Assembly (NCBI GenBank): GCA_045654805.1
Contig: JAZOOD010000060.1
Coordinates: 10,491-74,490 of the forward strand
Direction of reading: 5' to 3'
Source: Clostridia bacterium
Lineage (GTDB): Bacteria > Bacillota > Clostridia > Monoglobales > Firm-18
DNA length: 64,000 nucleotides
The number at the start of each line of letters is the position of its first letter. Positions within the stretch are counted from its first letter, which is position 1. The notes beneath the pieces are model-generated. The model was not told where the DNA came from and searched no databases. It was given only the letters and a program-made list of their open reading frames with translations. Below, piece by piece: positions 60,597-64,000 of the stretch. The position numbers and the translations under genes were made by a program.

Positions 60597-60840
60597 AAGA
60601 AAACTTCCTTTCTTTATTAAATTTTACGAAATTACCGCTTTCGCCTGCGGGCAGAGATTTTAGTTCATTATTCCGGCGTTCCCTGCATCCAAACCGCAAA
60701 TAATGTGTTAATTTAATCCTCACCTCCAGAGTGCCTTTGTGGCAGTTGATAATTATAAAACAATTGATGGGCGGTGCTCTTATGAAAAGCAACTGCCACA
60801 CAAAGCACCGAGCAAGGAATTTGCCGCTCGCCGCCCCATA
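60597..60840 (-). promoter_or_regulatory. About 240-nt GC-enriched, highly structured 5' leader of the beta-helix/dockerin gene (unclassified, riboswitch-like)
   Basis: Three-way-junction-like fold at 60767-60839. The outer stem is ATGGG(G)CGG/CCGCCCAT, the hairpin is 60809-60830, and a third stem is GTGCT/AGCAC. A competing 18-bp helix forms between 60790-60808 and 60731-60748. A second stem-loop domain spans 60644-60700. Confidence 0.5.
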
Positions 60841-60867
60841 TATAATTAGTCAACGAATGTTGAATAA

Positions 60868-61107
60868 TTATCTGAAAAATCTACCTATAATTGGTATGTG
60901 CGATATATACAATCTTTTTAATTCGCTTTTCCAATAGTAATACTCATTGCCATCGCTACGATGCATTTCCATTTTTATATAGTCTCTCGCTTTCATAAAA
61001 GGAGCAATAACATTAAAATAGAAAGCCAAAACAACAAAAAATCCTATAATAACTACAAAAGCAAATATTAAGAATGTATCTTCCGTGTTGTCGTAGGTAT
61101 ATGCCAT
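60868..61107 (-). CDS. 79-aa single-pass membrane protein, translationally coupled to the upstream scaffoldin-like gene
   Basis: MAYTYDNTEDTFLIFAFVVIIGFFVVLAFYFNVIAPFMKARDY... The ATG lies 1 nt after the stop of the 61109-63127 gene. No family recognised. Confidence 0.55.
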   Translation of the reverse strand: MAYTYDNTEDTFLIFAFVVIIGFFVVLAFYFNVIAPFMKARDYIKMEMHRSDGNEYYYWKSELKRLYISHIPIIGRFFR

Positions 61108-61108
61108 A

Positions 61109-63127
61109 TTAGTTCATTAACGCCACCAATCTTGCACACATAACTGCAACTTCTGCACGAGTTGCATTTCCAAGTGGGTTAACATTACCGTCTGCACCCT
61201 GAATAATGCCAGCCTTAACCATAGAAGCCATTGCTGTTTTTGCGTAGTCAGAAATACTATCCTTATCTGCAAAAGCATCAAGAGATGTCAGGTCATCAGT
61301 TTCTGTAATATATCCTTTTGTGAGGAAAGCACGATATGCAAGAGTGATTAAATCCTGTCTTGTGATTGTGTTTTCCGGCATAAAGTTTTCACCGCTACCC
61401 TGAGCAATGCCACTGGCCTTTGCACTACCAATTGCATTGTAGTAATAGCTTGAAGCAGGTACATCGGCAAAGTTTTCAGTGAAAGCATCGCCTATTGACA
61501 ACATTCTTGTTAGTATAAGAATAAAGTCACCACGTTTAATGTTATTAGCAGGAGCATATTCTGTCTCACTTACACCACTGATAATGCCTTTATTCTTTAA
61601 TGTATAAATAGAATCTTTTGCCCAGCCATAATTTCCGAGATCAGTAAATGTTTCTGTTATTTCGGAAGGAGTAGTAGGTGTAGTGGGCGTTGTCGGGGTT
61701 GTGGGGGTAGTAGGTGTAGAACCACCACCGGCTCCACCGCCACCACCGGCGCCTCCTCCGCCTCCTGCACCTCCGCTGCCACCTTCAGCTGCAGCGGTTT
61801 TAGTATTGGCGGTAGCAGAAAATTCACTTGTGCCTATTTCGTTCTTTGCTGCAATCTTCACATAGTAAGTTGTGTTGTCTGAAAGACCTGTAATTTCCTT
61901 GCTTGTGCTACTTGCGTTTGTAATTTCTGCTGTTTTGTTAAGGTCAGAACTGCTTGTTCCGTATTTGATTGTATAGCCGGTTATTGCAGAACCGCCATTA
62001 TAGGGAGCTGACCAGCTAACCGTAATCTTTTTCTCACCGCCTGTTACGGTAGGCGCAGACATTTTTGCAGGAACAGTTTTGGTATCAGTATCCATTTCAC
62101 CGAAGATATCGTCGTAGTTATTTACTTTGGTATCTCTGTTAAAATCTGCACAATCATCATAACTGCCGTTCTTAATTTCTTCAAATGCAGTTTTATCTGC
62201 AGAATCAACCTTCCCATCCATATTAACATCGCCTGGAACGAAATCGGCATTTGTCAATTCAAGTACATCTTCAAATGTAACCCCGGTCTTTTTATATGTA
62301 ACGTAGCCGTTTCCTTTAAGTTCAACTGTATATGTAGCTCCATCAACAACAGTGTTTTCTACAATAAAAGTAGGCACTGATGAATTTGAATCATAATGAC
62401 CACCCTTTGTGTTAGAAACTGTATTGAGGACGGTGTTAATTGTTGAACCGGTTCTCTCGTTTGTAATCGTAAGGATAATTTTACTGTCAGAGTATCCGTC
62501 TCCATCTGAAACCTGAAAATCATCAATCTTATCCATTGTAAGTTTAACGGTAGCCGTTACACCTGCATTATCTTCGCTACTTGCAGTAGCATTTTCCTTT
62601 TCAGTTGCGTCACTTACTGTTTCAATATAACTATTTCCAATCTTCACATAGCTTCCTGCTGCACTGCTATTATCAAGACTAAGAGTTACACTGTCACCTG
62701 GATCACCTGCAAAAGTTATAATAAACAAATCTGTTTGTGCATCAGTAAGGATTAAACTTCCAAAGTTGTTAGTAACAATACTTGGAAGGATTTTCCCCGT
62801 GGTGTTTGCAAGTGCCGCATTAGGTGCAATATGTGCACACTTGGGTGGGTTGTTTTCACCCTGTAAAAAGTCAATGGATTTATATTTGAGGTCGCCATCG
62901 AATTTGAGTGCAGTTTGTACTGCGGTTACGCTACCGCCAGCACCTTTCACACTGACTTTAATCTTTGCTTCACCAAGAAGCGTTGTCTGGTCGTCCTGTG
63001 TAACATCCGTTAATATAATTTCTATATTATCCGCTTCCGCTGAGACGGGAATTGCCACTTGCGTCCCGAATACAAGCGAAACTGCAAGTATTATTGAGCC
63101 GACTTTCCTTAACCATTTGAAATACAT
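61109..63127 (-). CDS. SLH-anchored scaffoldin-like protein: cohesin-like module, internal dockerin, FN3, Gly/Pro-Thr linker, 3 SLH repeats
   Basis: About 672 aa from the ATG at 63127, 8 nt after GGAGGG (the track ORF starts at 63142). Signal peptide ...VAIPVSAEA. Modules: cohesin-like 62648-63034, dockerin 62102-62242 (GDVNMDGKVDSAD...ADFNRDTKVNNYDD), FN3 61799-62071, linker 61667-61798, SLH x3 61112-61654. Confidence 0.88.
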   Translation of the reverse strand: MYFKWLRKVGSIILAVSLVFGTQVAIPVSAEADNIEIILTDVTQDDQTTLLGEAKIKVSVKGAGGSVTAVQTALKFDGDLKYKSIDFLQGENNPPKCAHIAPNAALANTTGKILPSIVTNNFGSLILTDAQTDLFIITFAGDPGDSVTLSLDNSSAAGSYVKIGNSYIETVSDATEKENATASSEDNAGVTATVKLTMDKIDDFQVSDGDGYSDSKIILTITNERTGSTINTVLNTVSNTKGGHYDSNSSVPTFIVENTVVDGATYTVELKGNGYVTYKKTGVTFEDVLELTNADFVPGDVNMDGKVDSADKTAFEEIKNGSYDDCADFNRDTKVNNYDDIFGEMDTDTKTVPAKMSAPTVTGGEKKITVSWSAPYNGGSAITGYTIKYGTSSSDLNKTAEITNASSTSKEITGLSDNTTYYVKIAAKNEIGTSEFSATANTKTAAAEGGSGGAGGGGGAGGGGGAGGGSTPTTPTTPTTPTTPTTPSEITETFTDLGNYGWAKDSIYTLKNKGIISGVSETEYAPANNIKRGDFILILTRMLSIGDAFTENFADVPASSYYYNAIGSAKASGIAQGSGENFMPENTITRQDLITLAYRAFLTKGYITETDDLTSLDAFADKDSISDYAKTAMASMVKAGIIQGADGNVNPLGNATRAEVAVMCARLVALMN
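61667..61798 (-). repeat. Low-complexity linker coding repeat: (G/A/S)-rich run followed by (PTT)5
   Basis: Encodes AAAEGGSGGAGGGGGAGGGGGAGGGSTPTTPTTPTTPTTPTTPS. The DNA shows imperfect 9-nt (PTT) and 15-18-nt (GGGGGA) periodicity. Confidence 0.9.
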
Positions 63128-63234
63128 TTTTATTCCCTCCATTTTCTAAAATGTTTTATGTAAATAAAATTACATCTAAATAAGTTTTGCAAACATAAAG
63201 GCTTTCTGCTAAAAACTGTGATTTAATAATTTTA

Positions 63235-63474
63235 TCACTCTTCGCCACGAAGTATAGACAACAGTTTGTTTTTGGCCTTTTTGTTGTCTGTTTCCGGTTC
63301 TGCATCTACAAAACAGGAAATCACTTCGTTCCAATCCTCAATGGGAGCTAATCCACTTGGAACTCTTTCTTCTACTAAATTTGCCAACCTATTTTTCTTT
63401 TCTGCAGGCAAATCCTTTAATTCACTGTTCATATCGCATTTTGCCTGTATTTTAATTGCTTCGATCAACCTCAT
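63235..63474 (-). CDS. Small acidic hypothetical protein
   Basis: 79 aa with RBS AGGGAGAG before the ATG. No TM segment or motif recognised. It lies between the TetR gene and the surface-protein cluster. Confidence 0.55.
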   Translation of the reverse strand: MRLIEAIKIQAKCDMNSELKDLPAEKKNRLANLVEERVPSGLAPIEDWNEVISCFVDAEPETDNKKAKNKLLSILRGEE

Positions 63475-63509
63475 ATAATGTCTCTCCCTGTTAGTGTATT
63501 TGCTAATAA

Positions 63510-64000
63510 TTACTGTTGTATATCTATATCTATCTTTTCTACTATTCTCTCATATAGATTATCAAGCAACATTTGAGTCTTTTCTGCATCATCCCATATT
63601 ACATAATCTATTACAGAAGCAATTATTGAATAAACAAACACTTCCGCTTGATGATGTGAGCATCCAAAAATACCGATAATTTTTTCAGCATACTTTTCAT
63701 AAAGCAATCTGAAATCTTTCGATTTATCTCGCATTCGCTCTCCAAATACAGGGCTGGTTGTAATTTGGATTGCAATCCTCAGCTCATACTTGTATTTTTC
63801 TACCTCCAAAAGGAGCGTATCAAAATATTTTCGAACATCATGAGTATGATTGAGTGTGAATAAAAACAAAGCATCGACCACTTTAGATAGTCCATATTTT
63901 CCCGCACTGATCCAAATATCATCTTTGTTTTCAAACCAATGATACAAACTGCTTTGGGCAAGTTTCGTTTCTCTGCATAATTCCCCGATTGAAGCGTGTG
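63510..64000 (-). CDS. TetR/AcrR-family transcriptional regulator (5' end outside the window)
   Basis: The frame stays open to the window edge. The N-terminal part in the window reads ...ASIGELCRETKLAQSSLYHWFENKDDIW (TetR HTH). The C-terminal ligand domain is 63510-63947. Confidence 0.85.
   Translation of the reverse strand, partial: HASIGELCRETKLAQSSLYHWFENKDDIWISAGKYGLSKVVDALFLFTLNHTHDVRKYFDTLLLEVEKYKYELRIAIQITTSPVFGERMRDKSKDFRLLYEKYAEKIIGIFGCSHHQAEVFVYSIIASVIDYVIWDDAEKTQMLLDNLYERIVEKIDIDIQQ

Noticed and set aside
60586-60801. 71-aa minus-strand ORF inside the structured leader (also the plus-strand 68-aa ORF at 60731-60937)
   Set aside because: It has no RBS. Its 3' end overlaps the first codons of the 57285-60596 gene (60586-60596). 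The product is Cys/Arg-rich and unlike the local proteins. The region is better explained by extensive RNA self-complementarity.
60597-60840. Assignment of the leader to a known riboswitch class (c-di-GMP-I/II, cobalamin, glycine, ZTP, fluoride, T-box)
   Set aside because: There are short resemblances (GGCAAA; AGGGAA...CCGG...GCCCGCAG). However, the defining conserved cores (ACGCAAAGC of GEMM-I, the GGUGnnAAnCC hairpin and B12 box of cobalamin, the T-box sequence) are not present by eye. It is left unclassified pending cmscan.
61667-61798. Possible CRISPR-like or tandem repeat array
   Set aside because: The periodicity is codon-level low complexity inside a clear ORF (Gly-rich and PTT linker). 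No repeat-spacer organisation and no cas genes occur anywhere in the window.
50866-63510. Integrative or mobile element inserted at tRNA-Thr
   Set aside because: I found no integrase, recombinase, transposase, excisionase or phage genes, and no visible direct repeat of the tRNA 3' end at the distal boundary. It is kept only as a low-interest boundary observation.

Overview
This is an AT-rich chromosome segment of Firmicutes/Clostridia type. The taxon is inferred only from protein sequences and gene order. Positions 1-50.4 kb are core housekeeping genes, mostly on the minus strand. They include the tail of the str operon (L7Ae-like, rpsL, rpsG, fusA, tuf), glycerate kinase, rpmB, pgsA, pfkA, dnaE, whiA and ppa. 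They also include the complete rimP-nusA-ylxR-ylxQ-infB-rbfA-nrnA-truB-ribF-rpsO-pnp block and a plus-strand HAD / LtaS-like / valS / folC / membrane / ymdB operon. The remaining core genes are ftsK, a HIT protein, alaS, a yhaO/yhaN-like nuclease-ATPase pair, a VanW protein and tadA. Many sigma-A-type promoters and hairpin terminators can be read directly. After a stand-alone tRNA-Thr(CGU) at 50748-50823 the content changes. Positions 50.9-63.1 kb hold a co-oriented minus-strand cluster of large secreted proteins built from cohesin-like modules, dockerins, SLH anchors, beta-helix units and about 11 CHB_HEX_C-like repeats. I can see no catalytic or carbohydrate-binding module in them. Two unusually structured intergenic leaders sit inside this cluster. 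I consider the cluster and its leaders the most likely novel system in the window. Other items worth a second look are a 266-aa protein with a CCCCCC run, a short yhaN-like ATPase whose coiled coil is replaced by a transmembrane hairpin, a terminator-like hairpin in the rimP-nusA leader, and valS and alaS lacking T-box leaders. I found no CRISPR array, transposase, integrase or prophage genes. All family assignments come from motifs read by eye; no database search was run.
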